Shown: positions 20,615 to 31,355, counted from the first letter of the stretch. The stretch: DNA of 64,000 bases from a bacterium (GCA_043803945.1 JAZDJN010000016.1:96001-160000), one strand, 5' to 3'. The notes: generated by a model not told the origin, from the letters alone. A program made the numbers and translations.

Positions 20615-21469
20615 ATGAAGTACAAACAAGCTGTTGCGATCCTCATCGTCATCATCATCGGATTCTCGATTGTACCCGGTGCCGACCAAAAACTCCGCTA
20701 TCAATACCAGAAAGGTAAATCGTACCAATATATCATTACCTCGGATATGGCATCGGAGAGTGAAGCGATGGGTCAACCGATTAATGTCACAGCAAAGAAT
20801 TATTTGAAGTATACATTGATTGTTGATGACATCAATTCAGCCGGCAATTTCGTCTGCACAGCACGTATCGACAGCTTTGACATGAAAATGGATTCTCCGA
20901 TGATGCCTGGTAACTTGCCGGACCCGAAGGAGTTTGTTGGCAAGCGGGTGTCGGTGACCATAAATAATACAGGAAAAGTGATCGAGGCTGCCGCTCTCGA
21001 CAAATTTTCTCCCCCTGCCGGTGCAATGATGGGCAGAACTCCGGAAGGAATGTTGAAAGAAGCTTACTTTACACCTCCGGAACAGGAGGTCGAAACCAAT
21101 GTTCCCTGGAAGAGCACGAAAACCGACACGATTAATCAACCGATGATGGGATTTCCAATTCTCAGCAACACCGAGAGTGAATATACGATCATCGGAAATG
21201 AAACTGTCGGTAAATACGATTGCCTCAAAATCGCCATCAATTCAAAATCAAAACGAAGTGGTTCCGGAACAACTTCACAAGGGATGGACCTGGGAATCGA
21301 TGCAAAAGGAACGACCACAGGATTTATATATTTTGCTATGAAGGAAGGCATCGTGGTGAAAATGGATACGACAACCGATATGGAAAGTGTGACGTCAGTG
21401 ACCGCGCCGCAGGCATTCACCTCGACAACCATCAGCAAGGTAAAAGCCACGATGGAACTTGCACAGTAG
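20615..21469 (+). CDS. Secreted hypothetical protein (DUF6263-like)
   Basis: Signal peptide, LRYQYQKG N-terminus, beta-rich; family assignment tentative. Confidence 0.6.
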   Translation: MKYKQAVAILIVIIIGFSIVPGADQKLRYQYQKGKSYQYIITSDMASESEAMGQPINVTAKNYLKYTLIVDDINSAGNFVCTARIDSFDMKMDSPMMPGNLPDPKEFVGKRVSVTINNTGKVIEAAALDKFSPPAGAMMGRTPEGMLKEAYFTPPEQEVETNVPWKSTKTDTINQPMMGFPILSNTESEYTIIGNETVGKYDCLKIAINSKSKRSGSGTTSQGMDLGIDAKGTTTGFIYFAMKEGIVVKMDTTTDMESVTSVTAPQAFTSTTISKVKATMELAQ

Positions 21470-21494
21470 AATCTAGTAACGGAGTGAGTTATCC

Positions 21495-21525
21495 AAAAAA
21501 AACCGGGTGTATCGACCGGTTTTTT
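21495..21525. terminator. Bidirectional intrinsic terminator
   Basis: aaaaaaaaccgg...ccggtttttt. Confidence 0.75.
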
Positions 21526-21590
21526 ATTAGGATGAAAACCTACACATCACTCTCCCCTTGACTGGTTCCCACTGAACATCTATCTTAAGA

Positions 21591-22877
21591 TTGGAGATCA
21601 GAATGAATTATCCGGAACCGGCCAGGCACATTGAGAATATCAAAAAAGTGAAAACAACATTAGGGCTCCTTCTCTTCACCTTCCTTCTCCAGTGTATTTC
21701 TTCTTCTATGGTACATCCACAGAGCACGATAACTCCGACGGAGTTGATTATCCGTCGTACTCTTGCTTCCTTGGAAAGCCAGCGCATTCGTTCAACGATT
21801 CAATCTCTCCAGAATTTCCAAACACGCTACCTTCATGCCTCAAATCGAGATTCAGTCGTACAGTGGATTCGGCAGCAATTTCTTTCCATGGGCTACACAA
21901 CTACTTCTGTTGATTCTTTCATCTATACTTCGGGGAGCACCATAAGTTGGCAAAAGAATATCCTTGCCACGCTTCCTGGAACCGAGACGGCAGCCGGCAG
22001 GATCGTCGTCGGTGGCCATTACGACAGTCGGGCAAATCCCGATCCTATGACCTACTCTCCGGGGGCTGATGATAACGCCAGTGGAATTGCGGCCATTCTG
22101 GAAATCGCAAGAGTGTTCAAGGAGAAAAAAATACGGCCGCAGATCCCGATTACCTTCATCGCCTTTGGCGCCGAAGAGGTTGGCTTATACGGAAGTGCGC
22201 ATCATGCACGGACTTCAAAAGAACAGAATGACAGTATACGATTCATGGTGAACCTCGATGTTATTTCCTGGTGTCAGCTACCGCCAAATCAATTCCTGGT
22301 GAAGATCAGTAAGAGCAAATCCATGCAAACGTCCACACTGAGCCAAGAGGCCGTTGATGCGACCCATCGGTTCACCTCTTTGCAAGCCAGCATTTCCGCT
22401 GGGATCAGCTCCGATGAGTTATCTTATCAAGCAGTTCAGATTCCGGCTTTGAGTTTTTATGAGAGTGTCTTCAATCCTTTGATGCACACCAAGAGCGATG
22501 TCCTTGAGAATTGCAATATCGAGTATTGCACTGAAATCGCCCGTGCAACTGCAGCATTCATCCTCAGTTCCGCACCTCCAATGACAGACGATCCTGCACT
22601 TACCGTGAGACCAGATGAGATTCAACTTTACCAGAATTATCCGAATCCATTCAACTCATCAACCACTATTGAGTTCGACATTGCAGCGCCTTCTCATGCC
22701 AGGATAAAAATTTTCAACCTACTGGGAAAAGAAGTTGCCACACTCGTAGACAAAGAAATACCGCAAGGGCGTTATGTCGTATCCTGGAAAGCACAGGATC
22801 AATCAACAGGAGTGTACTACTGTGTCCTCAATTCCGGAGGGGCAACGATGACGAAGAGAATTCTCCTCCTTCGTTAA
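21591..22877 (+). CDS. M28 family metallopeptidase with T9SS-type C-terminal sorting domain
   Basis: GGHYDS, PGADDNASG, AEEVGLYGS, NLD, MHT; C-terminal YQNYPNPFN...IFNLLGKEVATLV; start uncertain. Confidence 0.88.
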   Translation: MEIRMNYPEPARHIENIKKVKTTLGLLLFTFLLQCISSSMVHPQSTITPTELIIRRTLASLESQRIRSTIQSLQNFQTRYLHASNRDSVVQWIRQQFLSMGYTTTSVDSFIYTSGSTISWQKNILATLPGTETAAGRIVVGGHYDSRANPDPMTYSPGADDNASGIAAILEIARVFKEKKIRPQIPITFIAFGAEEVGLYGSAHHARTSKEQNDSIRFMVNLDVISWCQLPPNQFLVKISKSKSMQTSTLSQEAVDATHRFTSLQASISAGISSDELSYQAVQIPALSFYESVFNPLMHTKSDVLENCNIEYCTEIARATAAFILSSAPPMTDDPALTVRPDEIQLYQNYPNPFNSSTTIEFDIAAPSHARIKIFNLLGKEVATLVDKEIPQGRYVVSWKAQDQSTGVYYCVLNSGGATMTKRILLLR

Positions 22878-23058
22878 TCACTCTACCCTTTCCCTCCAAT
22901 TTATAGTAGAAGTTTTCCCAATTCTGGGAGTACCATCATCTCCCTTTCTCTAATATCCAATAGAAAAGCTGGCATAACACTTGATAAATCATCCTTCACC
23001 TTCAAGGATGAGAGGTCTGTTTTCATAACAATACACTACTCCTACCAACGAGTGCAGT

Positions 23059-24441
23059 ATGGATAAAAAGCAAATACAAGCATGCGAACAGATTATTAAG
23101 AAACACAAGATTGAGATGATCGATCTAAAGTGCATCGATCTTATAGGGACACTGCACCATATATCACTCCCTGTCAACCCCGGAATTCTCACACGACTGA
23201 TGAACGAGGGTGTTGGGTTTGATGGATCGAGTTACGGATTTCGGAAAGTGGAGAACAGCGACATGATTCTGGTTCCAGACCTGAACACCGCTGTGATTGA
23301 TCCGTTTCGGATTGAAAAAACGTTGAGCTTCTATACCCATATTCTCGTGACCGACGAGAAACGATCAGCGTTCTCCCAGGACGGCAGAATGATTGCGAAA
23401 CGGGCCGAGCAGATGCTGAAGAAATTAACCGGAGCCGATCATTCGCTTTGGGGGCCTGAATTCGAGTTTTACATTTTCTCAAAAGTGAAGTTCGACACAA
23501 GGACATCTTCATCATACTATCAAGTAGAACAGGTCGAGGAGTTCTTTAAGAATGCGTACCATGCGGCCAACCCGTTTGATGTCTACGATGACTTCCGGGA
23601 TGAGGCATGCAAAGTATTGAAGCAATTTGGCATCAAGGTGAAGTATCACCATCATGAGGTTGGCGAACGCGGGCAGCAGGAAATTGAAACGTACTTCAGC
23701 GATCTTCTGACGACGGCAGATAATATTATTACCGCAAAGTATGCTCTCTTCAACTTAGCCCGTCAAAAAGACCTTCACGTCACCTTTATGCCGAAACCAA
23801 TGTACCAGCAGCCCGGGAACGGGATGCACCTTCATCTCTTCCTGACGAAGAATGGCAAGAACCTCTTCTATGAGAAAGGTGCCTATGGCAATATCGGCAA
23901 GATGGGTCATTCCTTCATCGGCGGATTATTGAAACATGGGCCGGCACTCTCAGCATTTACAAATCCCAGTACGAATTCTTATAAGCGCCTTGTTCCGGGA
24001 TTTGAAGCCCCTGTCGCCTTGACTTATGGAATGGGGAATCGATCCTCCGCGATCCGGATCCCAAAGTATGTGAACAATCCTGACGAGAGCCGCTTTGAAT
24101 ACCGTCCGCCCGATGCGACCGTGAATCCTTACCTCTGTCTCTCGGCTATGCTGCTTGCCGGCATCGATGGAATTGTGAATAAGATTGATCCCGTGCAGGA
24201 AGGTTTTGGCCCGTACGATCAGAATATTTTTGACGATTCCATAAAAGAAAAAATCCGGTTTCTGCCGCGCAATCTCGCTGAAGCTTTGGATGCTCTCGCT
24301 GTCGATCATGAATTTTTAAAACGAGACAATCTCTTTACCGATGATTTACTGGAACAATGGACAAAAGTAAAGCAGCAGGAAATCCGGTCTATTGCTACTA
24401 TGCCGCATCCCTACGAATATAAACTCTATTTCAACCTGTAG
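23059..24441 (+). CDS. glnA: Glutamine synthetase type I
   Basis: FDGSS, GPEFEF, HHHEV, TFMPKP, GNGMHLH, NSYKRLVPGFEAP, NRS, EYRPPD. Confidence 0.96.
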   Translation: MDKKQIQACEQIIKKHKIEMIDLKCIDLIGTLHHISLPVNPGILTRLMNEGVGFDGSSYGFRKVENSDMILVPDLNTAVIDPFRIEKTLSFYTHILVTDEKRSAFSQDGRMIAKRAEQMLKKLTGADHSLWGPEFEFYIFSKVKFDTRTSSSYYQVEQVEEFFKNAYHAANPFDVYDDFRDEACKVLKQFGIKVKYHHHEVGERGQQEIETYFSDLLTTADNIITAKYALFNLARQKDLHVTFMPKPMYQQPGNGMHLHLFLTKNGKNLFYEKGAYGNIGKMGHSFIGGLLKHGPALSAFTNPSTNSYKRLVPGFEAPVALTYGMGNRSSAIRIPKYVNNPDESRFEYRPPDATVNPYLCLSAMLLAGIDGIVNKIDPVQEGFGPYDQNIFDDSIKEKIRFLPRNLAEALDALAVDHEFLKRDNLFTDDLLEQWTKVKQQEIRSIATMPHPYEYKLYFNL

Positions 24442-24726
24442 TGCTGCTACTCAACGAGTGTCCTGCTCACCTGTCGAGCGGCTTCAGAACCAGGACAGTT
24501 GACACTCCACGAGTTCCATCACAGGTGGTCCAAACAGAAATTGAGATGTGCACTGCATCGATTGTTTCTTTTTTTCCACCGGTTGTATGAGTGTCACCAT
24601 CACTATTCGTGTAATCACTGCAATCAGTAGAATCAGTGGAATCAGCGGTCCTTCTTGATTTCATCATCTTCCCTTTCTATTATGCAGTGAAGTCTTTTGT
24701 GATTTGTCAATTATTCTGGATGACCA

Positions 24727-25308
24727 ATGGAACCTGAGAATCTGAAAGATACAATTGCCCGATTAATCTCGGAAGAAATTCTTATCGTCCCCTACGACGA
24801 TCGGTGGCGACTCTTCTTTCAGCAAGAAGCCGAATATCTGAGAAGCACCCTCCCCTCCAATATCATCAAACGCATCGAGCACTTCGGCAGCACGGCAATT
24901 CCCGGACTCCCTTCGAAACCAATAATCGATATCCTGGTTGAGGTCAGCAGCCTCGAAGAAGTCAAACATTCCATTGCACCTCTGCTTGAATCTACCGGGT
25001 ACGAATATCTTTGGCGGCCGGAATTCGATGATATATCCTCCAGGTTCTATGCCTGGTTTATCAAGCGGAACAGTCAAGGGAAACGTACACATCACATCCA
25101 TATGGTCGAAGCTAATTCCACATTATGGGAGCGATTGTTATTCCGGGATTATCTGAGGACCCATCCTGAAGATACAAACCAATACGCGGAATTAAAGCGA
25201 CAACTTGCCTCAGAATTTCAAAACGACCGCATCGGATATACTGCGGCAAAAACTACATTTATTCAGAGCATTATGGATAAGGCCCGGCATCACTATGCGA
25301 AAACCTAA
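24727..25308 (+). CDS. GrpB family protein
   Basis: IEHFGSTAIPGLPSKPIIDI, THHIH, FRDYLR...Y..LK. Confidence 0.9.
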   Translation: MEPENLKDTIARLISEEILIVPYDDRWRLFFQQEAEYLRSTLPSNIIKRIEHFGSTAIPGLPSKPIIDILVEVSSLEEVKHSIAPLLESTGYEYLWRPEFDDISSRFYAWFIKRNSQGKRTHHIHMVEANSTLWERLLFRDYLRTHPEDTNQYAELKRQLASEFQNDRIGYTAAKTTFIQSIMDKARHHYAKT

Positions 25309-25599
25309 GCAATGTTTTTCAGGAGAAGCATCCGTTCGTTACTTCAGAAAAGATCCCCCACTCAAAATGAATGCTTTTCATGATTGACTTCTTCTTCGAA
25401 CAATCGTAGTTTTAGACAAATAACTCAAGATGATGCCTGGCACGAATAAAAGATCTTGTCCATTCGAGAGACTTTTAGGACTGATATTCGTTTATTATGG
25501 AGTTCGCAGGTATCACGTATCGAATATTCCTAAGCAGACCGTGGTTTTAACTTACTTGCATCACTTTTGATTTACATCATACATCAATTGATTGAAACT

Positions 25600-26655
25600 A
25601 TGCTAAATACTCGAAAAATTGCATTTTCGCTTTTAATTTCAGGGTGTCTTTATATGCTGCCATCCTGCGGCACGAAAAGTAATGATTCCGCCCAGCCAAG
25701 GTCTGGTTCGCGCCCCTCAATGATGACAGTAAAGGGCGTTGTCATTACGCCACAACCGCTTGATAATCTTGTTATCTCTTCAGGTACTGTCCTTGCATCT
25801 GAATCTGTGGAATTAGCTGCAGAAGCTTCCGGTCGCATTGAGAGCATATTCTTCACAGAGGGTGCACACGTGAAGAAGGATGTTCTCCTTGTGAAGATTA
25901 ATGATGATGATCTGAAGGCACAGTTGAAAAAAACCGAGTTACAGATTCAACTTGCTTCGGATATTGCAGACCGGCAGAAACGACTTTTTGAAACGAACAA
26001 TTCAAGTAAAGAGCAATATGACACAGCGGCAAACCAGTTAGGTACATTAAAGGCTGATCGCGAAAATCTTCTCGCTTCAATCCGAAGACGGGAAATCCGC
26101 GCTCCGTTTGACGGAATCCTCGGCTTGCGGTATGTGAGTGAGGGTGCGTATGTCACACCAACAACGCGCATTGCTTCGCTTCAGAAAATCAATCCGCTCA
26201 AAGTGGATTTTGCGATACCAGAGAAGTATGCGGGGAAAGTGCGTGTCGGCGATCATGTGAAATTCTTGAGCAATGAGACGAATCAACAATTCACTGGAAA
26301 AGTATACGCCATCGAGCCGGAAATCGAATTAACAACGCGCACTGTGCAACTGCGCGCCCTCTGCGATAACAAATCAGAAAAAATATTCCCCGGCGGATAC
26401 GTTCATGTTGAATTGCGCTTGAAGCAGTCTGGCGGCGCACTCATGGTTCCCACCCAGGCTATCATCCCCGTGCTCAAAGGCCAAACGGTTCTCGTGAGAA
26501 AGAATGGAGTAGTCGCGAGCGTACCGGTGAAGACGGGAATCCGTACAGCGTCCGAAGTACAAATTACCGATGGACTGTTTGCAGGCGATACCGTCCTGAC
26601 AACAGGCATTCTGCAATTACGTCCGGGAATGCCCGTAAACGTAACGGTCAGGTAA
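25600..26655 (+). CDS. RND efflux periplasmic adaptor subunit
   Basis: Lipoprotein-like N-terminus, lipoyl halves (EG..V.K...IRAPFDG), adjacent RND permease. Confidence 0.92.
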   Translation: MLNTRKIAFSLLISGCLYMLPSCGTKSNDSAQPRSGSRPSMMTVKGVVITPQPLDNLVISSGTVLASESVELAAEASGRIESIFFTEGAHVKKDVLLVKINDDDLKAQLKKTELQIQLASDIADRQKRLFETNNSSKEQYDTAANQLGTLKADRENLLASIRRREIRAPFDGILGLRYVSEGAYVTPTTRIASLQKINPLKVDFAIPEKYAGKVRVGDHVKFLSNETNQQFTGKVYAIEPEIELTTRTVQLRALCDNKSEKIFPGGYVHVELRLKQSGGALMVPTQAIIPVLKGQTVLVRKNGVVASVPVKTGIRTASEVQITDGLFAGDTVLTTGILQLRPGMPVNVTVR

Positions 26656-26692
26656 TTCAACGTTCATCGGCACAATCTGAGAATATCCCATT

Positions 26693-29600
26693 ATGAGCCT
26701 CGCTTCGACTAGTATTAAACGTCCCGTGCTTGCCATTGTCATGTCGCTGGCAATATTATTGTTCGGCATCATCAGCTTTACGTTTCTTGGTGTTCGAGAG
26801 TATCCTGCAATCGATCCCCCCATCATCAGCGTGCGCACAAGTTATACGGGTGCCAATGCCAGTGTTGTGGAATCTCAGATCACGGAACCGTTGGAGAAAG
26901 CAATCAATGGTATTGCCGGTGTTCGCAACATCTCTTCGAGCAGCAGCCAGGGAAGCAGCAACATTACGGTGGAATTCAATCTCGATTCAGATCTCGAAGC
27001 AGCAGCAAATGACGTCCGGGACAAAGTCTCCGCAGCCGCGCGTTCGCTCCCCCAGGATATTGACAACCCACCGGTTGTTACCAAAGCTGATGCGAATGCC
27101 GATGACATCATTTCCATTACACTGCAGAGTGATACCAAGAACCAGCTTCAAGTGAGTGACTATGCAGAGAATGTGATCGCACAAAATCTGCAGACGATTC
27201 CCGGGGTTAGTTCCACACAGATCCGGGGACAGAAACGGTATGCAATGCGCATGTGGTTAGATCCGAACAAGCTGGCTGCGTACGGTCTCACGCCGCTCGA
27301 TGTCAGAACCGCTCTCTCACGGGAGAATGTGGATCTCCCGTCCGGAAAGCTCTCCGGCAACCAGACTGAGCTGATCGTGAATACGAAAGGCCGGATGCAA
27401 ACGGAACAGGAGTTTAACGACCTTATTCTGAAGACCGATGGAAACCGATCTGTTCGTTTCAGCGACGTAGGGCAGGCAATGCTCGGACCAGAAAATGAAG
27501 AATTCATCTTGAGGCAATCCGGAGTTCCGATGGTATCAGTTGGGATCATTCCGCAGCCGGGAAGCAACTATATTGAAATTGCGAAGGAGTTCTATAAACG
27601 TTTTAATCAGATAAAGAAAGAGCTGCCGGCAGATTACCAAGTTGATATTTCGATCGACAACACACGATTCATCCAGAAATCGGTCAAGGAAGTCCAGGAG
27701 ACCATCCTGATCGCTGTACTGCTTGTCATTCTCATCATCTACATCTTCTTCCGTGATTGGATTATCGCGTTCCGCCCGCTTATCGATATCCCTGTCTCAT
27801 TGATCGGCGCGTTCTTCATTATGTATGTGATGGGATATTCGATCAATATTCTCACGCTCCTTGCCATCGTCCTTGCTACAGGCCTTGTTGTCGATGATGG
27901 CATCGTGGTGACCGAGAATATTTTCAAAAAGGTTGAGCAGGGGATGTCTCCTATGGAAGCGGCTTTTGCCGGTTCGAAAGAAATTTTCTTTGCTGTGATC
28001 TCGACCTCCATTACCCTCGCTGCAGTATTCCTCCCGATCATCTTCCTGCAAGGATTCGTTGGTCGATTGTTTCGTGAGTTCGGAGTCATCATCGCCGGTG
28101 CAGTACTCATTTCAGCATTCGTCTCTCTTTCATTGACACCGATGCTGAATGCCCGCATGATCCGAAAGAAACGTGCTCACACCCGCTTTTATGAGGTGAC
28201 AGAACGATATTTTGAATCGATGAATAAATTCTATGAAAATTTACTTACGCGATTCATGCAGCATCGATGGATTGCAGCGGCAGTCATCACCGCTTCGCTC
28301 TTCCTCATTGTGCTTATCGGAACCACACTCCAATCCGAACTTGCACCGCTCGATGACAGGAGTTACCTAAGGATGTCGGCGACAGCCCCTGAAGGTGCGT
28401 CGTTCGAATACACTGATGCTGTTGTCGACCGACTCGTGGCGATGATTAACGACTCGATTCCGGAGAAGCGCATCTGCTTGAGTTTCATCGGCGGATTTAT
28501 GTCGGTGAATACCGGCAATATCCGAGTGATGCTTTCAGAGCCCTCAGAACGAAAACGCTCACAGCAGGATATTGCAGATTATCTCACGGCAAACACACGC
28601 CGCATCACGGAGGCTCGTGTCTTTGTGACCCAGGAACAGACGATTTCAGCAAGCGGCGGCGGTATGCGCGGCGGTTTTCCTGTTCAGTATGTCATCCAGA
28701 ATCAGAATTTTGAAAAAATCCGCGGTGTTCTTCCAAAATTCATCGATGAAGTAAACCGCAGCAATGTATTCCAGAATTCCGATGTCAACCTAAAATTCAA
28801 CAAACCGCAAATCGACATTTCGATAGACCGCGATCGCGCACGAAGCCTGGGAGTCTCTATCGTCGACATCGCACAGACGCTCCAGCTCGCATTCAGCGGC
28901 CAGCGATTCTCGTATTTCGAGATGAATGGATTTCAATATTCGGTCATCGGTCAAGTGGAACGCGCGAACCGCGACGAGCCGCTCAATCTCCGATCACTCT
29001 ATGTCCGGAACAATCAGGGTAAGCTCATCCAGCTCGATAATCTGGTGATGATGAAAGAAGAGAGTGCACCGCCGCAATTGTATCACTTCAATCGGTTCAA
29101 AGCCGCGACGGTTTCGGCCGGACTTGCGCCCGGTAAAACAATTGGCGATGGTATTGCAGAGATGAATCGTATCACAAAAAATATTCTGGATGATTCATTT
29201 CGAACTGCACTTGCAGGAGCTTCCCGAGACTATTCAGAGAGTTCCTCCAACATCCTTTTTGCCTTTCTTATGGCATTGGTGTTAATTTATTTAGTCCTCG
29301 CTGCTCAATTCGAGAGCTTCATCGATCCATTCACGATCATGTTGACGGTCCCCCTTGCCCTTGCCGGAGCGCTCCTCTCCCTGTGGATCACGGGTAAAAC
29401 CCTGAATATCTTCAGCGAGATTGGCATCATCATGCTCATCGGCCTTGTAACGAAGAACGGAATTCTGATTGTTGAATTTGCCAACCAGCAGAAGGAAAAA
29501 GGAAAGAAGCTGCTTGAAGCAGCACAATATGCGGCGGCTGCACGGTTCCGTCCCATCCTTATGACATCGCTCGCTACGATGCTTGGCGCTTTGCCAATTG

Positions 29601-29740
29601 CGCTGGCACTTGGCGGCAGCGCGAAGAGCCGCGTCTCGATGGGTATTGTCGTTATCGGTGGATTGTTCTTTTCCCTTATTCTCACACTCTTCGTTATTCC
29701 AGCGATGTATACCTTCTTTTCAAAGGAGAGAAAAGAATAA
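26693..29740 (+). CDS. RND efflux permease subunit (AcrB family)
   Basis: 1015 aa; IKRPV, REYPAIDPP, GLVVDDGIVV.EN, RFRPILMT. Confidence 0.96.
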   Translation: MSLASTSIKRPVLAIVMSLAILLFGIISFTFLGVREYPAIDPPIISVRTSYTGANASVVESQITEPLEKAINGIAGVRNISSSSSQGSSNITVEFNLDSDLEAAANDVRDKVSAAARSLPQDIDNPPVVTKADANADDIISITLQSDTKNQLQVSDYAENVIAQNLQTIPGVSSTQIRGQKRYAMRMWLDPNKLAAYGLTPLDVRTALSRENVDLPSGKLSGNQTELIVNTKGRMQTEQEFNDLILKTDGNRSVRFSDVGQAMLGPENEEFILRQSGVPMVSVGIIPQPGSNYIEIAKEFYKRFNQIKKELPADYQVDISIDNTRFIQKSVKEVQETILIAVLLVILIIYIFFRDWIIAFRPLIDIPVSLIGAFFIMYVMGYSINILTLLAIVLATGLVVDDGIVVTENIFKKVEQGMSPMEAAFAGSKEIFFAVISTSITLAAVFLPIIFLQGFVGRLFREFGVIIAGAVLISAFVSLSLTPMLNARMIRKKRAHTRFYEVTERYFESMNKFYENLLTRFMQHRWIAAAVITASLFLIVLIGTTLQSELAPLDDRSYLRMSATAPEGASFEYTDAVVDRLVAMINDSIPEKRICLSFIGGFMSVNTGNIRVMLSEPSERKRSQQDIADYLTANTRRITEARVFVTQEQTISASGGGMRGGFPVQYVIQNQNFEKIRGVLPKFIDEVNRSNVFQNSDVNLKFNKPQIDISIDRDRARSLGVSIVDIAQTLQLAFSGQRFSYFEMNGFQYSVIGQVERANRDEPLNLRSLYVRNNQGKLIQLDNLVMMKEESAPPQLYHFNRFKAATVSAGLAPGKTIGDGIAEMNRITKNILDDSFRTALAGASRDYSESSSNILFAFLMALVLIYLVLAAQFESFIDPFTIMLTVPLALAGALLSLWITGKTLNIFSEIGIIMLIGLVTKNGILIVEFANQQKEKGKKLLEAAQYAAAARFRPILMTSLATMLGALPIALALGGSAKSRVSMGIVVIGGLFFSLILTLFVIPAMYTFFSKERKE

Positions 29741-29749
29741 CTATCGCAC

Positions 29750-29937
29750 CCACTAAGAACCCAGAATAGAACACCCGCCTGCCCGCCACCGCGGGCATGC
29801 ATCGGGCAGGCAGATTACACAAGAATAGCACTGATAGCCACAGATAAGGCCTTATAAATAATTCTGTTGACCATTTTTGCTTTCAAGAACCATAGTATCA
29901 GTGACAATCTTGTGTTTTTCTGCGTCCTCAGTGTTCC
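29750..29937. repeat. Imperfect palindromic element with inserted GC-rich hairpin
   Basis: acac[ccgcctgcccg...cgggcaggc]agattacac..cactgat..cacagat versus atcagtgacaatcttgtg..ctcagtg. Confidence 0.5.
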
Positions 29938-30070
29938 ATCTTTTTCTCACTGAGCAATCGCAAACGACAACAAAAAGATCCTCCAGCTATCTTTTCAAGA
30001 GACAACAAGTTGCCCAAACCCCGGCAGTTTGTTACATTGTGTTTAAGAGTCTCGAGGGATCAGCATTTCT

Positions 30071-30754
30071 ATGGCGACACAGTTCACACTATTTGGAGTG
30101 TACCATTGTTTCTTCATCGCACTGATCCTGTTTGTTCCGGCCCTTCTCACCAAATTATCTCTTGGATATACTTCACGTGTTAAGCATTTTCGATATTCTC
30201 TTGGTGGTGTCATCCTCGTCAATGAGCTTGCATGGTATTTCTATGTGTTTATTCAGGGATGGTTCAATTTTCCATACATGCTCCCAATTCATCTCTGCGA
30301 CATCGTCCTTTGGCTTACCGTTTATACATGCTTCACCAATAAATCCTGGTCGTTCGACATTATTTATTATTGGGGACTCGCGGGAACGAGCATGGCGGTG
30401 CTCACACCGGATATAACCTCTTCGGCATTTTCTTATCTCACACTGCGTTTCTTTCTTGCTCACGGTGGAATTCTGATCGCAATTCTCTTTCTTCTCTGGA
30501 GTAAGCAATCGCGTCCCCGGAAAGGGTCGCAGTGGAGAGCCTTCGGTTATCTTAATCTCTATGCACTTTTCATCGCCCTGTTTAATTATCTCTTTAGCGC
30601 AAACTATTTTTATCTCTGTGAAAAGCCTGCGGAATCATCTCTACTCGATTATTTAGGGCCATGGCCGATTTACATCTTTGCGGGCGAAGTTCTGGCGCTT
30701 GGATTCTTCTGGTTACTTGCGCTACCGTTTCGAAATCACAATAAACATTCATAG
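30071..30754 (+). CDS. TIGR02206/YwaF family integral membrane protein
   Basis: LPIHLCD, YYWG, FFLAHG, NYFYL.KP...SLLDYLGPWP.Y. Confidence 0.88.
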   Translation: MATQFTLFGVYHCFFIALILFVPALLTKLSLGYTSRVKHFRYSLGGVILVNELAWYFYVFIQGWFNFPYMLPIHLCDIVLWLTVYTCFTNKSWSFDIIYYWGLAGTSMAVLTPDITSSAFSYLTLRFFLAHGGILIAILFLLWSKQSRPRKGSQWRAFGYLNLYALFIALFNYLFSANYFYLCEKPAESSLLDYLGPWPIYIFAGEVLALGFFWLLALPFRNHNKHS

Positions 30755-30850
30755 ACGATTCCACCCCCTTTCATCTACTAACAGGAAAAAAATAATAGAA
30801 GTGGCAGGAACGGAATTATCGTTGAATGATACTTCGTCCTTGTCTCGCCT

Positions 30851-31035
30851 GACTCATCCCCTAGCCCCTTCTCTTAATCAAGAGAAGGGGGATAGGGATC
30901 TCACTTTTTAAAAAGGCTTCACTCCCCCTTCTCTAATTTTTTTTAGAGAATGGGGTAAGGCCCGCTCCGCCGACCTGTACGCCGAAGTTCGAACAACAAA
31001 GGTGGAAGCAGTGGCGAGGCGGAGGGGGATGAGTC
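30851..31035. repeat. Composite palindromic REP-like element (CCCCTTCTC..GAGAAGGGG type) with inserted hairpin
   Basis: gactcatcccct...aggggatgagtc outer IR, two inner ccccttctc/gagaa(g/t)gggg hairpins, GC-rich insert at 30961-31022. Confidence 0.65.
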
Positions 31036-31066
31036 AGAACAAAAATGCGGAACACAATCAAATCAC

Positions 31067-31198
31067 TATGTAGATTCCCGAAATCAGAAAGATTTCGGGA
31101 ATCTAACGAAAGATTTATTTTAAGTCCTGAACAAGACGAAAACCGAGGCCGAGGAGCGGGCTGTCTGGATAGTTCCTATTACGGTTAGCGGTTCGGAA
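31067..31198 (-). repeat. DGR-type variable-region cassette 1 (gene-less) with stop and 15-bp hairpin
   Basis: Minus strand encodes ...ANRNRNYPDSPLLGLGFRLVQDLK*; perfect IR tagattcccgaaatc/gatttcgggaatcta at 31071-31105; 83 bp shared with cassette 2 with 2 mismatches. Confidence 0.8.
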
Positions 31199-31220
31199 GG
31201 GCATTATTTGGATTCCCCTG

Positions 31221-31355
31221 TATGTAGATTCCCGAAATCAGAAAGATTTCGGGAATCTAGCAAAAGATTTATTTTAAGTCCTGAACAAGACGAAAACCGA
31301 GGCAGTCGTTCTGGTCGACTGGAAAGCACTTATTACGGAGAGCCGAGCGGCAGTC
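31221..31355 (-). repeat. DGR-type variable-region cassette 2 (gene-less) with stop and 15-bp hairpin
   Basis: Minus strand encodes DCRSALRNKCFPVDQNDCLGFRLVQDLK*; identical hairpin at 31225-31259; 154-bp period relative to cassette 1. Confidence 0.8.

Noticed and set aside
24205-24245. GlnA lacking the adenylylation Tyr (NIFD)
   Set aside because: Many GSI enzymes are not adenylylated, so this is not unusual
31067-31303. CRISPR array (palindromic direct repeats)
   Set aside because: There are only two units, the constant part is 83 bp, the 'spacers' are homologous to each other and encode a CLec C-terminus, and no cas genes are present
31067-31355. One of the cassettes being the DGR template repeat for the caspase gene
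   Set aside because: Both copies carry non-A bases at mismatched sites and differ from the gene at non-adenine third positions
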